A program made the position numbers and the translations under genes. Positions 1 through 9,987 of a stretch of 64,000 bases of DNA are shown here, one piece after another. Positions within the stretch are counted from its first letter, which is position 1; the number at the start of each line of letters is the position of its first letter. This stretch comes from an uncultured Candidatus Saccharibacteria bacterium. Lineage in GTDB: Bacteria > Patescibacteriota > Minisyncoccia > Phycocordibacterales > UBA12445. The stretch lies in the NCBI GenBank assembly GCA_964531375.1, contig CAZHDO010000003.1:17983-81982 (forward strand), in the 5' to 3' direction. Under the pieces are notes generated by a model, which had not been told where the DNA came from, ran no database searches, and worked only from the letters and a program-made list of their open reading frames with translations.

Positions 1-1306
1 CCACATGTATTTCAACGGTTGTTTGACTGTCAGCGGCGGTAGAAAATTCTTGTGTTTTTGCAGAAGGAATTGTCGTGTTTCTTTCAATAAGTTTTGTTGC
101 AACCCCACCCATAGTCTCAATACCAAGCGAAAGCGGAATAACATCCAAAAGTAAAACATCCTTAACTTCTCCCTGCAAAATTCCACCCTGAATAGCTGCA
201 CCAATAGCAACAACTTCATCTGGATTAATTGATCGATTTGGTTCTTTGTTAAAAAGATTTTTTACAGCTTCAATAATAGCCGGCATTCTAGTCTGACCCC
301 CGACAAGTATTACCTCCTGAATTTCAGAAAACTTAAGTCCCGAAGCTTCAACGGCTCTCTTCGTAATCTCTATTGACCTATCAATATATTCTTGCGCTAA
401 CACTACTAAACTAGCTCTTTTCATTTTCAAAAGAAGATGCTTTGGACCATTTTCATCAGAAGTAATAAATGGAATATTTATTTCAACTTCACTCACAACA
501 GATAATTCATGCTTGGCCTTTTCCGCAGCTTCTTTTAATCTCTGTTTTGCCAGTGGGTCATTAGAAACATCGATTCCACTATCTTTTTTAAATTCATCCA
601 CAATCCATTTCATTATCTTCTGGTCAATATCCTCCCCGCCCATGTGACTATCACCGTCGGTAGATTTAACCTCAATAACACTATCCCCAACTTCAAGAAT
701 AGAAACGTCGAACGTACCTCCTCCGAAGTCGTATACTGCAATTTGCTCATTTTTCTTTTTATCAAAACCATAAGCAAGAGCTGCGGCTGTTGGTTCATTT
801 ATAATTCTTCTAACCTTGAAGCCTGCAATTTCTCCAGCATCCTTTGTTGCTTTCCTTTGTGAGTCATTAAAGTATGCAGGCACGGTAATGACGGCCTCAG
901 TAATTGTCTCACCAAGCTTTGCCTCTGCATCAGCCTTTAATTTTCCCAAAATCATTGCAGAAACTTCTTCAGGTGTATATTCTTTATCATTCATCTTTAC
1001 TCTAACTCCACCATCAGAATTTTTAGTAATAGTAAATGGCACAGAAGCTTTGTCTCTTGTAACTTCTTTATCATCGTATCTATGACCCATCAATCTCTTG
1101 ATACCATAAATGGTATTCTGAGGGTTTGTTATATTCTGTCTTTTTGCAAGTTGACCAACAATCCTCTCATTTGCTTTTGAAACAGCGACAATAGATGGGG
1201 TTGTTCTAACTCCATCTACGTTTTCAATTATCTTAGGCTGGCCTCCTTCAATAATGGCCATTGCCGAATTTGTCGTACCTAAATCTATTCCAAGTATTTT
1301 TGCCAT
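1..1306 (-). CDS. dnaK: Chaperone DnaK (Hsp70), N-terminal ~435 aa; the gene continues beyond the window start
   Basis: The reverse-complement translation starting at the ATG at 1306-1304 reads [24 protein letters not shown]...[13 protein letters not shown], which are canonical Hsp70 motifs. It is absent from the ORF track only because it runs off the window edge. Confidence 0.9.
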   Translation of the reverse strand, partial: MAKILGIDLGTTNSAMAIIEGGQPKIIENVDGVRTTPSIVAVSKANERIVGQLAKRQNITNPQNTIYGIKRLMGHRYDDKEVTRDKASVPFTITKNSDGGVRVKMNDKEYTPEEVSAMILGKLKADAEAKLGETITEAVITVPAYFNDSQRKATKDAGEIAGFKVRRIINEPTAAALAYGFDKKKNEQIAVYDFGGGTFDVSILEVGDSVIEVKSTDGDSHMGGEDIDQKIMKWIVDEFKKDSGIDVSNDPLAKQRLKEAAEKAKHELSVVSEVEINIPFITSDENGPKHLLLKMKRASLVVLAQEYIDRSIEITKRAVEASGLKFSEIQEVILVGGQTRMPAIIEAVKNLFNKEPNRSINPDEVVAIGAAIQGGILQGEVKDVLLLDVIPLSLGIETMGGVATKLIERNTTIPSAKTQEFSTAADSQTTVEIHV

Positions 1307-1345
1307 AAATTTTATAGTTAAACTTAATAAAGTTTTTAATAATGT

Positions 1346-1939
1346 TTAATTCTTATATACACTCACCCTCACCTTGCAAGGCCGAATGACCTTGTTTCTA
1401 AATTTATAACCTTTTTGTAAAATATCAACAACTATATCATCATTTTCTTTTTCTTCCACTGGAATTGTCGTCACTGCTTGATATTCTTCTGGATTAAATT
1501 TATCACCAACCTTACCTATCGGTAACAATCCAAATGAAGAAAAGGTGTTTAATAAGCTTGAATATATACCCTCGACACCCATCCTCCAGTTCTTGTCAAC
1601 CTTCTCCCAAACTTCTTTATTTGCGAACGCCATATCAAAATTATCAGCTACAGGAAGTAATTCAGAAAGAAGTCTTTCTTTTATCAGAGGTTCTAATTCT
1701 GATAGATTTTTCTCTTCGAGTTTTTTTGCATTTATATAATCAGCCTTAGCTCTTTGCCACCCTTCTAAATACTGCTGTTTCTCCAATTCGCAGCTCTTTA
1801 GTTTTTCTCGAAGTTTTTTAACAACCTTCAGGTAGTCGCCCTCTTCTTCATCTAAGACAACATCATTATTAACCTCGTTAGAATCGGATGCCTCCATATA
1901 ATCATCAGTACCTTTGTTTTTGTTTGTATCTTCGTTCAT
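1346..1939 (-). CDS. grpE: Nucleotide exchange factor GrpE
   Basis: 197 aa with an acidic N-terminus, a coiled-coil and a GrpE-like C-terminal region (LPVADNFDMA...GKVGDKFNPEEYQAV). It sits immediately upstream of dnaK, as in grpE-dnaK operons. Confidence 0.8.
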   Translation of the reverse strand: MNEDTNKNKGTDDYMEASDSNEVNNDVVLDEEEGDYLKVVKKLREKLKSCELEKQQYLEGWQRAKADYINAKKLEEKNLSELEPLIKERLLSELLPVADNFDMAFANKEVWEKVDKNWRMGVEGIYSSLLNTFSSFGLLPIGKVGDKFNPEEYQAVTTIPVEEKENDDIVVDILQKGYKFRNKVIRPCKVRVSVYKN

Positions 1940-2100
1940 ATTTTTAATTACTAACCCACACTATATCATAAATTAATATTATTTGAAGAATTTTAAACCC
2001 CATCTTCAATCCTGTCAAATATCATTTTTTCATTTTATTTTGTACAATAATCTGCGAAATTTGAACATTAATAAAATAAAGCAAAAAGGAGATTCGTCCT

Positions 2101-2457
2101 GTGACAAGAACCGAAAGAGTACAGTTGGTAATTCCACGAAGGGGCCTATTAATTCAACTCAGAGGAGGTCTGAGTCACACCACGACACTACTGAGAAAAC
2201 TTGATGATGTTTTTGGTGGCTTGACGGGAGAGCTTGTCGACATGAAATGTCATGATCTTAGATTGTCGTTTTTTGATCGGAGCTGGAGTGTTCAGGACGG
2301 TTTAGAATCCGAAAGTATTATTGTACACCTCTTTGGCGGTATAAAAATCAATTTCGTTGATTGGTTTATTAACAGAATTGATGAAGATAAAAGAATTTTT
2401 GGATTCTCGTGTCCTTCCGACGGAGACCTTGTTATCCGCTTTAAACCGGATCTTTAA
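2101..2457 (+). CDS. Hypothetical small protein (118 aa) with a GTG start; compositionally GC-rich relative to its flanks
   Basis: An AAAGGAG Shine-Dalgarno at 2085-2091 lies 9 nt upstream of the GTG at 2101. The ORF ends 17 nt before a strong intrinsic terminator. I recognised no family. Confidence 0.4.
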   Translation: MTRTERVQLVIPRRGLLIQLRGGLSHTTTLLRKLDDVFGGLTGELVDMKCHDLRLSFFDRSWSVQDGLESESIIVHLFGGIKINFVDWFINRIDEDKRIFGFSCPSDGDLVIRFKPDL

Positions 2458-2473
2458 ACCGATGTCTCTTGTT

Positions 2474-2499
2474 GCCCACCACTGGTGGGCAATTTTTTT
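2474..2499 (+). terminator. Rho-independent terminator (GCCCACC-act-GGTGGGC followed by a T7 run)
   Basis: A perfect 7-bp GC-rich stem is followed by aattttttt. It lies between the convergent 2101-2457 (+) gene and murF (-). Confidence 0.6.
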
Positions 2500-2507
2500 A
2501 ATATAAA

Positions 2508-3809
2508 TTATCTTTTTATCCACTCGGCCTCTTGTCTAACCAATTTATTATCAAGTCTTTCTTGTTCGGTAACAATATCAGCAACAACTTTTTCCATCCT
2601 AATACCCTGAGACCCCTTAATCAAAACAGCATCTCCTTTTTCTATAAATTTTTTAGCAAATTCCCCAGCTAGAACTGAATCTTTAAAATAATGTATATGC
2701 TCATATTTCATTCCGGCCGACAACGCACCATCGGCAAATAATTTTGCTTTTTCACCAACAACAATTAGCACCCCACAAGTCTCTGGTATCATTTTACCTA
2801 TTTTTTTGTGGGCTTTTTCAGAATGTTCACCAAGCTCTAACATATCTCCCAGTATTGCAATCTTTCTGCCCCTGTTCTTTATTTCAGAAAAAGACTGCAA
2901 GGCCATTTCTAAGGCAACCGGTGATGAATTATAAGTATCATCTATTATTAAAGAATCGTTTATTCCATGCAATGGTTTAAATCTTCCAGGAGGTCCGCTA
3001 TGTTCTTTTAAAACATTGATTATTTCAACAAAATTCAAGTTACAAGCGAGACCAACTGAAAAAGCAGCCAAAGCTGTATAGACATTTTGTTTACCAAAAA
3101 CGTTACTTAATCTTACAGGTAAATTGTTGCCATTATAATCAATTTTAAAAGCGATTCCTTTAGGCATAATATTATCACCTGCGCCTTCGTATGAAATGTG
3201 ATAATTCGATGCGATTATTTTTGAATTTTTTTCGAAGCCAAAACTTAAAATTTTTCCTTTAAATTTATCTTTTAATTTTTCAATTGATTGATCGTCAAAA
3301 TTTAAAATTAATGTTCCATTTTCTTTTAATGTTTTTATCAAGAACGCTTTTTCTTTAACAATTTCTTTTTGTCCTTTGAATTGCTCAATATGGACCGGAA
3401 TTTCTGCAATCCTTGTCATAACAACAATATCTGTTTTTAACCACCTTGAAACACTTTCAATATCCCCCGGCTTATCTGCTCCGACTTCAAGAATTAGCCA
3501 CTCAGGAAAATCTGATTTAAAAATTATAAGAAGCGCACCGTTTATTATATTTACGAACCAGAGAAATGGATTATTCCAAGCATTTTTTAGACCTAATATC
3601 GTTAGCGGTAAACCAATTTCACTATTGAAACTTTTTTCACTTCTTCGTACTTTAAAAAAATCATTCATTATGGTAAAAATCGCATCTTTTGTGGATGTTT
3701 TACCAACACTACCAGTAACGGCAATAATCTTAGGCTTATATTTATTTAGTACCAATTTTGCCTCTAAGGTTATTATTGATACTATTATTTTTTTAAAAAA
3801 TGATTTCAT
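2508..3809 (-). CDS. murF: Mur ligase, most likely UDP-MurNAc-tripeptide--D-Ala-D-Ala ligase MurF
   Basis: It carries a Mur ligase P-loop (IIAVTGSVGKTSTKD) and the motif SEIGLPLTIL, and lies directly downstream of ftsI in a dcw-type arrangement. Confidence 0.7.
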   Translation of the reverse strand: MKSFFKKIIVSIITLEAKLVLNKYKPKIIAVTGSVGKTSTKDAIFTIMNDFFKVRRSEKSFNSEIGLPLTILGLKNAWNNPFLWFVNIINGALLIIFKSDFPEWLILEVGADKPGDIESVSRWLKTDIVVMTRIAEIPVHIEQFKGQKEIVKEKAFLIKTLKENGTLILNFDDQSIEKLKDKFKGKILSFGFEKNSKIIASNYHISYEGAGDNIMPKGIAFKIDYNGNNLPVRLSNVFGKQNVYTALAAFSVGLACNLNFVEIINVLKEHSGPPGRFKPLHGINDSLIIDDTYNSSPVALEMALQSFSEIKNRGRKIAILGDMLELGEHSEKAHKKIGKMIPETCGVLIVVGEKAKLFADGALSAGMKYEHIHYFKDSVLAGEFAKKFIEKGDAVLIKGSQGIRMEKVVADIVTEQERLDNKLVRQEAEWIKR

Positions 3810-3832
3810 ATTTAGTTTAATTTTAACGCGCG

Positions 3833-5554
3833 TTATCTGTCAGGTGGTATCTCATAATATCCAATTAGAAACTTTAATATATTATAAAATGGCTCAGTCA
3901 AACTATGCGATGCGTATTCTACCCCTTTAGGATCAATAGTGTAAAGAAAGACAAGGAATTTTGGGTTATATGCAGGAAAATAACCAAAAAATGAATGCAG
4001 AAACCTATCTGAATAATATCCACCCTTACCATTTAGTAATAAAGCGGTTCCAGTCTTCGCCGCTACTGTGTAATTTGCAAGCTTTTTCTCTCCACCCATT
4101 AAATTTTTATCTACCACGTCAACAAGCATTCTTGTTATCTCCTCCGACGTTTTTTGTTCTAAAACCCGCCTACCTTCTGGAATAATATTTTCTTTATTTA
4201 TCCCAACACGATAATTAATTTTATCAACTACGGTTGGTGTTACAATCGTTCCTCCGTTCGCAAGAGATGACAGTGCAACCACTGTTTCAATAGGAGTTAG
4301 TGCAATACCTTGTCCAAAGGCAGACGTAGCGTAATCAACCTCTTGCTTGCTTATTAAATTTTTTACAAGACCTTTTGCCTCATTTGGCAAGTCTACTCCT
4401 GTTTTCTCACCAAGACCAAAACTTAACATATATTTACTAAATTTTTCAGTACCTAATTTTTGCATTATATAAACCATACCAGCGTTTAGTGAATTACCCA
4501 GAGCATCTTGTATTGTAGTAATACCCCTAGCTTTGTTATCAAAATTACCAATCCTTTTACCGTTTAACTCAACGAATCCCTTGTCGTTATATGTTGACTT
4601 TGCAGTCACAACACCAGCATCAAGACCAGCTGCCACTGTAAGCGGTTTAATCGTAGAACCCATTTCAAAAACATTTTCGGTAAGAGGGTTCCTAAATACA
4701 GCTAAACTTTTTTCTTTACCAAAATTATTTGGATCAAAATCTGGTAAGGCTGCCATCGATATTATTTTCCCTGTTTTTGGGTCAATAATTATTCCACCGG
4801 CAGATTCCCCTTTCCATTTTTCCATAACACCAGCAAGCTCTTTTTCAAGAACACCTTGCGCTGTTGGTTCAATATTTAACACAACATCGCCTGTCATTTC
4901 GGGACCATCTCCAAGTAAAGTTTTCTTTAAATTTGAAAAGATTTCAGCAAAAAAATTAACATAAACCGACTCACTATCTCTGTGTAAAATATCCTCGAAT
5001 TGTTTTTCAACACCATACCTTCCAATAAATTTCTCACCGTCTTCTTTACTCCTAGCAACGATCCCCAGTACATGAGATGCCAAATTACCTGACGGATAAA
5101 ATCTCACTTCTTCGCGATATGTATAAATACCACGTATGCGCATATTTTTAATTGCGTTCAAAGAATCTTCATCTTTAATATTTCCAATTACCTCATAGGT
5201 ATCATTTTGCTTACCAGCTTTTTCTATAAAAGATTGTTTATCAAACTCCACAAGACTAGATATTTTATCAAAAACCTCTTCTGGGTTTTTAATTGAAGTG
5301 GGATTAATTGCGAGAAGATAGTTTGTTTTTAAATTTGATGCTGAAACTAAATTACCATTTTTTTCTTGAAAGTATATTGAACCACGTGAAAATATATCAG
5401 GAAGTGGTTTTGAATATTGACGTGAAGCGCTCTCTGAGAACTCATCTCCGCGAACTATTTGTATAATAAAAAGACGTACAATAATGATAATTGCAAATGA
5501 AACCAAAAAAAATGAAAGATATTTTACACGATTATTGTTTTCATATTTCATCAC
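3833..5554 (-). CDS. ftsI: Class B penicillin-binding protein / septal transpeptidase FtsI
   Basis: It has an N-terminal TM segment, the SxxK motif (STIKP), a KTGT motif and a PBP dimerisation region, and sits within the mraZ-rsmH-ftsL-ftsI context. Confidence 0.8.
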   Translation of the reverse strand: MMKYENNNRVKYLSFFLVSFAIIIIVRLFIIQIVRGDEFSESASRQYSKPLPDIFSRGSIYFQEKNGNLVSASNLKTNYLLAINPTSIKNPEEVFDKISSLVEFDKQSFIEKAGKQNDTYEVIGNIKDEDSLNAIKNMRIRGIYTYREEVRFYPSGNLASHVLGIVARSKEDGEKFIGRYGVEKQFEDILHRDSESVYVNFFAEIFSNLKKTLLGDGPEMTGDVVLNIEPTAQGVLEKELAGVMEKWKGESAGGIIIDPKTGKIISMAALPDFDPNNFGKEKSLAVFRNPLTENVFEMGSTIKPLTVAAGLDAGVVTAKSTYNDKGFVELNGKRIGNFDNKARGITTIQDALGNSLNAGMVYIMQKLGTEKFSKYMLSFGLGEKTGVDLPNEAKGLVKNLISKQEVDYATSAFGQGIALTPIETVVALSSLANGGTIVTPTVVDKINYRVGINKENIIPEGRRVLEQKTSEEITRMLVDVVDKNLMGGEKKLANYTVAAKTGTALLLNGKGGYYSDRFLHSFFGYFPAYNPKFLVFLYTIDPKGVEYASHSLTEPFYNILKFLIGYYEIPPDR

Positions 5555-5885
5555 TCAAGAAAGAAAGACCACCCTTCACAAAACTATTATCAACATTCGC
5601 AAAATTCATTTTATTAAAATCTTCTTCTAGACCCAATCTAGATGCAAATTCAATTGTTACTTTCCCTCTCGCCTTAAGATACTGAGACTCAAGAACCGCG
5701 ACCTGTGAATTCACTGAAGAAATCTCTTTATCGACTTTTTCTCTTGCAACTATATTAAAAATTGAACTCTGAACAAAGTACAAATACATAAAACCAAACA
5801 TTACTATAAAAACCATTAGAACACCGGAAAATCTTCCAAGTCCCAAGCTTCTTATATTTAATTTTGTTTTATTTATTCGCTTCAT
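5541..5885 (-). CDS. ftsL: FtsL/DivIC-like cell-division protein (single TM plus coiled-coil)
   Basis: 114 aa with one TM helix and a heptad region, positioned between rsmH and ftsI. Confidence 0.45.
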   Translation of the reverse strand: MKRINKTKLNIRSLGLGRFSGVLMVFIVMFGFMYLYFVQSSIFNIVAREKVDKEISSVNSQVAVLESQYLKARGKVTIEFASRLGLEEDFNKMNFANVDNSFVKGGLSFLSDEI

Positions 5886-6774
5886 TTATTTTCTTTGCGA
5901 TTCTTAGCTTTGCACTCCTTGCTCTAGCGTTCGTAGACAACTCCTCTTCACCTGCAACAATTGGCTTTTTTGTAATAATTTCTGCACCACCTAACTCTTT
6001 TTTATTTTTAAAAAATACTTTTACTATTCGATCTTCTAGTTCATGAAAAGAAATTACTGCAACCCTTCCTCCAATATTTAACCTACTCCATACATCTTCT
6101 AATCCTTTCCTAATCGCGCCCATTTCATCGTTTACTGTTATTCTTAATGCTTGAAATGTTTTTGTTGCAAAATGTATTCTTCTTTTTTTATATATCGCGG
6201 GAACTGCTGTTTCAATAATATTTACAAGTTGAAATGTTGTTTCTATCGGCTTTTTTTCTCTTTCTTCAACAATCACCCTGGCAATCCTCTTTGCAAACCT
6301 CTCACCACCATAACCATAGATAATGTCTGCAATACTCTCTTCAGCCCATTCATTCACTATCTCTCGGGCTGTCAACCTACCCTCAATAGGTTTTTCATCA
6401 AAAGTCATTAACAACGGCTCATCTTTTAGAAAACTAAATCCTCTTCCAGAAACTTCAAGTTGAAAAGAACTTAAACCAAGATCAAACAATGCAACGTCTA
6501 CTTTAGCGATACCAGCATCATCTAAAACCGTTCCTAAATTTCTGAAATTTGTAACGAACAATTGCGACTTGCAAACATTTTCTAACGAAGGGCTGGCTCT
6601 CTCAATAGCAGCCTTGTCTTCGTCTATGCCAATCAAAAGCCCCTCAGAACCAATTAACTTGCAAATTTCCTTACTGTGCCCACCACCACCAAGAGTTCCG
6701 TCAAGGGCCACCATTCCTGGCTTTAAGTTCAAACCTTCTATTACCTCCTTTAAAAGAACGGGTATATGTGTCAT
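5869..6774 (-). CDS. rsmH: 16S rRNA (cytosine1402-N4)-methyltransferase RsmH (MraW)
   Basis: It begins MTHIPVLLKEVIEGL, has a SAM-binding GTLGGGGHS motif, and lies downstream of mraZ. Confidence 0.85.
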   Translation of the reverse strand: MTHIPVLLKEVIEGLNLKPGMVALDGTLGGGGHSKEICKLIGSEGLLIGIDEDKAAIERASPSLENVCKSQLFVTNFRNLGTVLDDAGIAKVDVALFDLGLSSFQLEVSGRGFSFLKDEPLLMTFDEKPIEGRLTAREIVNEWAEESIADIIYGYGGERFAKRIARVIVEEREKKPIETTFQLVNIIETAVPAIYKKRRIHFATKTFQALRITVNDEMGAIRKGLEDVWSRLNIGGRVAVISFHELEDRIVKVFFKNKKELGGAEIITKKPIVAGEEELSTNARARSAKLRIAKKINEANK

Positions 6775-6779
6775 AAGGA

Positions 6780-7214
6780 TTAAAGTACGCCAGACTCACC
6801 TAACTTTTCGGCCAAAACATCAACCTGACTCTCAACCTTTGATTTATAATCTTTCCAAACATCTTCATCCCAAATTTCTAATCTTGTATGAACTCCGATT
6901 ATTGCAACTTTTTCCTTAATTCCAGCGTATTCTTTTAAAATATCTGATATCAAAATCCTTCCTAGCGAATCAACCTCAACAAGCGTTGCACCACCCAACA
7001 TAAAACGATTGAACTTTCTAACATCGGACTGAAAAGTTGATGTTTCAGAAAGTTGCGCTGCAACCTTTTCCCACTGAGCGACAGTATAGACAGAAATACA
7101 CTTGTCAAAACCATAACCAATAACAACTTCACCACCCATCTCTTTTCGGAATTTAGCAGGCAAAGAAACCCTTTTTTTAGGATCGACTGTATGTTTGTGT
7201 TCTCCGATAAGCAT
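6780..7214 (-). CDS. mraZ: Transcriptional regulator MraZ
   Basis: 144 aa with the duplicated MraZ fold signature (DPKKRVSLPAKFR ... DSLGRILI). Confidence 0.85.
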   Translation of the reverse strand: MLIGEHKHTVDPKKRVSLPAKFRKEMGGEVVIGYGFDKCISVYTVAQWEKVAAQLSETSTFQSDVRKFNRFMLGGATLVEVDSLGRILISDILKEYAGIKEKVAIIGVHTRLEIWDEDVWKDYKSKVESQVDVLAEKLGESGVL

Positions 7215-7351
7215 TTTGTTGTTTTTATTTCTTATACCACTTCATCCCACTTGAATAACATTATATTCCACTCTCAAACACAATTCAAACAAAGTTATCC
7301 ACAACACTTTTTGTACAGAATGGCAAGATGTCAAAATTTCTAAATATTTTT

Positions 7352-7382
7352 ACACAAAAGAAAACCGCCCTTTTGGGGCGGC
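7352..7382 (-). terminator. Rho-independent terminator on the minus strand (CCGCCC-cAAAA-GGGCGG followed by a T-run)
   Basis: The hairpin lies 15 nt downstream of the stop of the 7397-7825 gene and is followed by ttttcttttgtg on the minus strand. Confidence 0.55.
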
Positions 7383-7396
7383 TTGATGCAGCAGGT

Positions 7397-7825
7397 TTAT
7401 TCAGCAAAAGACATTTCTTCTTTAAAAGCACTTTTTCTTTTAAAAACAACAAGATTTTTTAAATGGTTATTGTCTTTTTTTTGCGAAGCAAGTGTTACAA
7501 TCTTATAAGCATTTCCTTCATGGATTTCAAACAACCACGGAATCCATGAACTGCGGTTTTTTGACCTAAGCCTATTTCCTTCTCTAAAATACAGCTGGTA
7601 AACAATTTTAAAAACGGCAATTTTATCCTGAGTAGAAATATTAACACCACTAAAACAATGTAAACTATTTCTCAGGAGGGGCTTGTTTTTCAAAAAGTCT
7701 GGATCTTCATAAGTTTTCAAATGAACAATTCCCTTTAATTCCTTGAGAAGCAGGCGTGCTTTCTGTATTGAAAGAAAACAAATGGTCAAAAAAACATTCC
7801 TGGCTGTCATTTCAATGACGTTCAT
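7397..7825 (-). CDS. Hypothetical protein (142 aa)
   Basis: An ORF with its own downstream terminator, inserted between lysS and mraZ. I recognised no family. Confidence 0.45.
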   Translation of the reverse strand: MNVIEMTARNVFLTICFLSIQKARLLLKELKGIVHLKTYEDPDFLKNKPLLRNSLHCFSGVNISTQDKIAVFKIVYQLYFREGNRLRSKNRSSWIPWLFEIHEGNAYKIVTLASQKKDNNHLKNLVVFKRKSAFKEEMSFAE

Positions 7826-7938
7826 AATAATTCTCCTGTGTTTTTATTTTAACGAACAAAGTCAGTTTATGATACTACAATATAATTAATATAAAGTCAA
7901 CAAAAACACAATAAACAAAAAACTTCTTGTTTGTTTAT

Positions 7939-9405
7939 TTAGGCCTTATTCTCCGGCCTCATTAGAGGGAAAATCTGACATTCTCTGGCTGGTTTATCCA
8001 TTAGGAAACTGAACAATCTCTCACTTAGGCCAAAACCACAGGTTGGTGGCATTCCGTATTCTAGAGCTTCAACGAAGTCATGGTCGTACATTTGAGCCTC
8101 TTCATCTCCTCCCTCTCGTAACTTAGCTTGCTCCTCAAACCTACCAGCTTGGTCTATCGGGTCATTCAATTCGCTAAAACCTTTTCCAACTTCTGAACCA
8201 GCAAGGATAACTTGAAATCTTTCAACAACCTTGTTGTCCCCTTCTTTTCTCTTGGCCAATGGTTCCATAAACACAGGGACATTAATCAAAAATCCTGGCC
8301 CAGCGATTTGCTTACGACAATATTTCCAAAGATTATCAATAGCCCTCATTTCATTAAAACCTTTTGAGTCATACTCAACCTTAAGTTCTCTTAGCTTACT
8401 TTCCATTTCAGCCAAATTCGAATTAAAAATATCTATTCCTGTTTTTTCTTTTATTATTGAAACATAATCATAAGTCTCCCAATCTTTCTCTAAATCAACC
8501 TCAAAACCCTTTATATTAAATTTTAAAGTATCAAAAGTTTCTTTTGCAATATATCTATACATATCTTTAACCATTTCCATTCCTTCATTGTAGTCAGAAT
8601 AAGCAGAATAAAATTCCATCTGCGTGTAATCTTGAAGATGTTCAGCGTCCATTCCTTCATTTCTAAATATTCTTCCGATTTCAAAAACTTTCGGAAAGCC
8701 CGCAACCATTAATCTTTTTTGCCAAAGCTCACCTGCTGATATTCGTAAGTAAACGTCCATATCAAGGGCATTATGGTGGGTTATAAACGGCCTTGCATCG
8801 GCACCACCAGCTGTATTTTCAAGCGCAGGAGTTTCAACTTCCATAAAGTCTCTTTTGAGCAAAAAATTTCTTATCGATGTCCAAAATTTAGACCTCTTAA
8901 TAGCCATTTCTCTCACATCTTTATTAACCAAAATATCTAAATATCTTTTTCTTAATCGTTCTTCTTCATCTTTAAGGCCATAGTATTCACCAGGAAGTGG
9001 TCGGAGACTTTTTGAAAGCATCTTCCAGTTTTTTACTTGAATAGTTTTCTCACCTCTTTTTGTTACAAACAACGTTCCTTTAACTTCTATAAAATCACCA
9101 ATATCCACAACTTCCCCAAATAATTGAAAATCTTCATCTTGAGTTTCTCCTTTTTTTAAGAGGCCCTGAAATTCTGCCGTGCCATCAAAAAAATTAAAGA
9201 AAATTATTGCGCCCTGTCCTCTGAGCGACATTACCCTTCCAACCAAAAAAATCTCTCTTCCGTCAGAGAGCTCTGTGAATTTTTCTATAACTTCATTAAG
9301 AAAATAATCTCTTTTTGTTCTTGCTGGATAAGGATCAATACCTTTTTCTTTTAGAAAATTTAACTTTCTAATACGCTCATCTCTTATTTCTTCTAAAGAA
9401 GCCAT
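7939..9405 (-). CDS. lysS: Lysine--tRNA ligase (class II)
   Basis: It has an N-terminal OB-fold anticodon-binding domain and class II aaRS motifs (FRNEGMDAEH...GGADARPF). Confidence 0.9.
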   Translation of the reverse strand: MASLEEIRDERIRKLNFLKEKGIDPYPARTKRDYFLNEVIEKFTELSDGREIFLVGRVMSLRGQGAIIFFNFFDGTAEFQGLLKKGETQDEDFQLFGEVVDIGDFIEVKGTLFVTKRGEKTIQVKNWKMLSKSLRPLPGEYYGLKDEEERLRKRYLDILVNKDVREMAIKRSKFWTSIRNFLLKRDFMEVETPALENTAGGADARPFITHHNALDMDVYLRISAGELWQKRLMVAGFPKVFEIGRIFRNEGMDAEHLQDYTQMEFYSAYSDYNEGMEMVKDMYRYIAKETFDTLKFNIKGFEVDLEKDWETYDYVSIIKEKTGIDIFNSNLAEMESKLRELKVEYDSKGFNEMRAIDNLWKYCRKQIAGPGFLINVPVFMEPLAKRKEGDNKVVERFQVILAGSEVGKGFSELNDPIDQAGRFEEQAKLREGGDEEAQMYDHDFVEALEYGMPPTCGFGLSERLFSFLMDKPARECQIFPLMRPENKA

Positions 9406-9433
9406 AAATTAAAAATTATATATAAGCGTCAGA

Positions 9434-9901
9434 TTATTTAATCTCAGTAATTTTATACTGAACAGCGCCTTTTGGAGTATTTACAGTAACAATATCACCA
9501 ACTTTTTTACCAATCAAAGCCGAACCAAGCGGAGAGACATCAGAAATCTTACCAAGAGAAACATTTGATTCTTCAGAACCAACAACCTGATATTTCTTTG
9601 AATCCTTTGTTTTTTCGTTATTTAATTCAACAACAGAACCCATTCCAACCAATCCCTTTGTGTGTCCAGAAACAACCACAACATTTTTTAATATTGTCTC
9701 AATTTCAGCGACCCTCTCTTCTACGTTTCTTTGTAATTCCCTGGCCTCTTGATATTCAGCATTTTCAGAAAGGTCACCTAGTGATTTTGCAAATTCGAGA
9801 CTTTCTACGACTTCTTTTCTTTTCTTTATTACAAGCTCTTCTAATTCGGCCTTTAATTCCTTAATCTTTTCTGGGCTTAAATATTGAACGTTTGTATTCA
9901 T
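9434..9901 (-). CDS. greA: Transcription elongation factor GreA
   Basis: 155 aa with an N-terminal coiled-coil and a C-terminal FKBP-like domain (VVELNNEK...GKKVGDIVTVNTPKG). Confidence 0.85.
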   Translation of the reverse strand: MNTNVQYLSPEKIKELKAELEELVIKKRKEVVESLEFAKSLGDLSENAEYQEARELQRNVEERVAEIETILKNVVVVSGHTKGLVGMGSVVELNNEKTKDSKKYQVVGSEESNVSLGKISDVSPLGSALIGKKVGDIVTVNTPKGAVQYKITEIK

Positions 9902-9987
9902 AATATATAAGATTATATTTTTTGAGACCTAACGTCAAGCAAGATATACATCAAATAAAGCTACTGTCTTAAATTAAAATTATAGAG

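Noticed and set aside
2050-2500. Possible RNase P RNA, tmRNA or SRP RNA in the GC-rich grpE-murF spacer
   Set aside because: I could not find the conserved P4/CR-I (AGGAAAGUCCGG), ACAGNRA, tmRNA tRNA-like 3' end (GGUUCGA...CCA) or SRP helix-8 motifs. The region carries a clean SD-GTG ORF ending at a terminator instead. I kept it as a low-confidence CDS and flagged it for an Rfam scan.
4533-4964. Plus-strand ORFs of 60-170 aa lying antisense inside long minus-strand genes, e.g. 4533-4964, 10115-10414, 18176-18652, 37732-38232, 50510-50839 and 57229-57657
   Set aside because: These are shadow frames of well-supported genes (ftsI, mrdA, mreB-like, SNF2, hppA, copA). They have low-complexity Ser/Pro/Thr-rich translations, no RBS and no independent signals.
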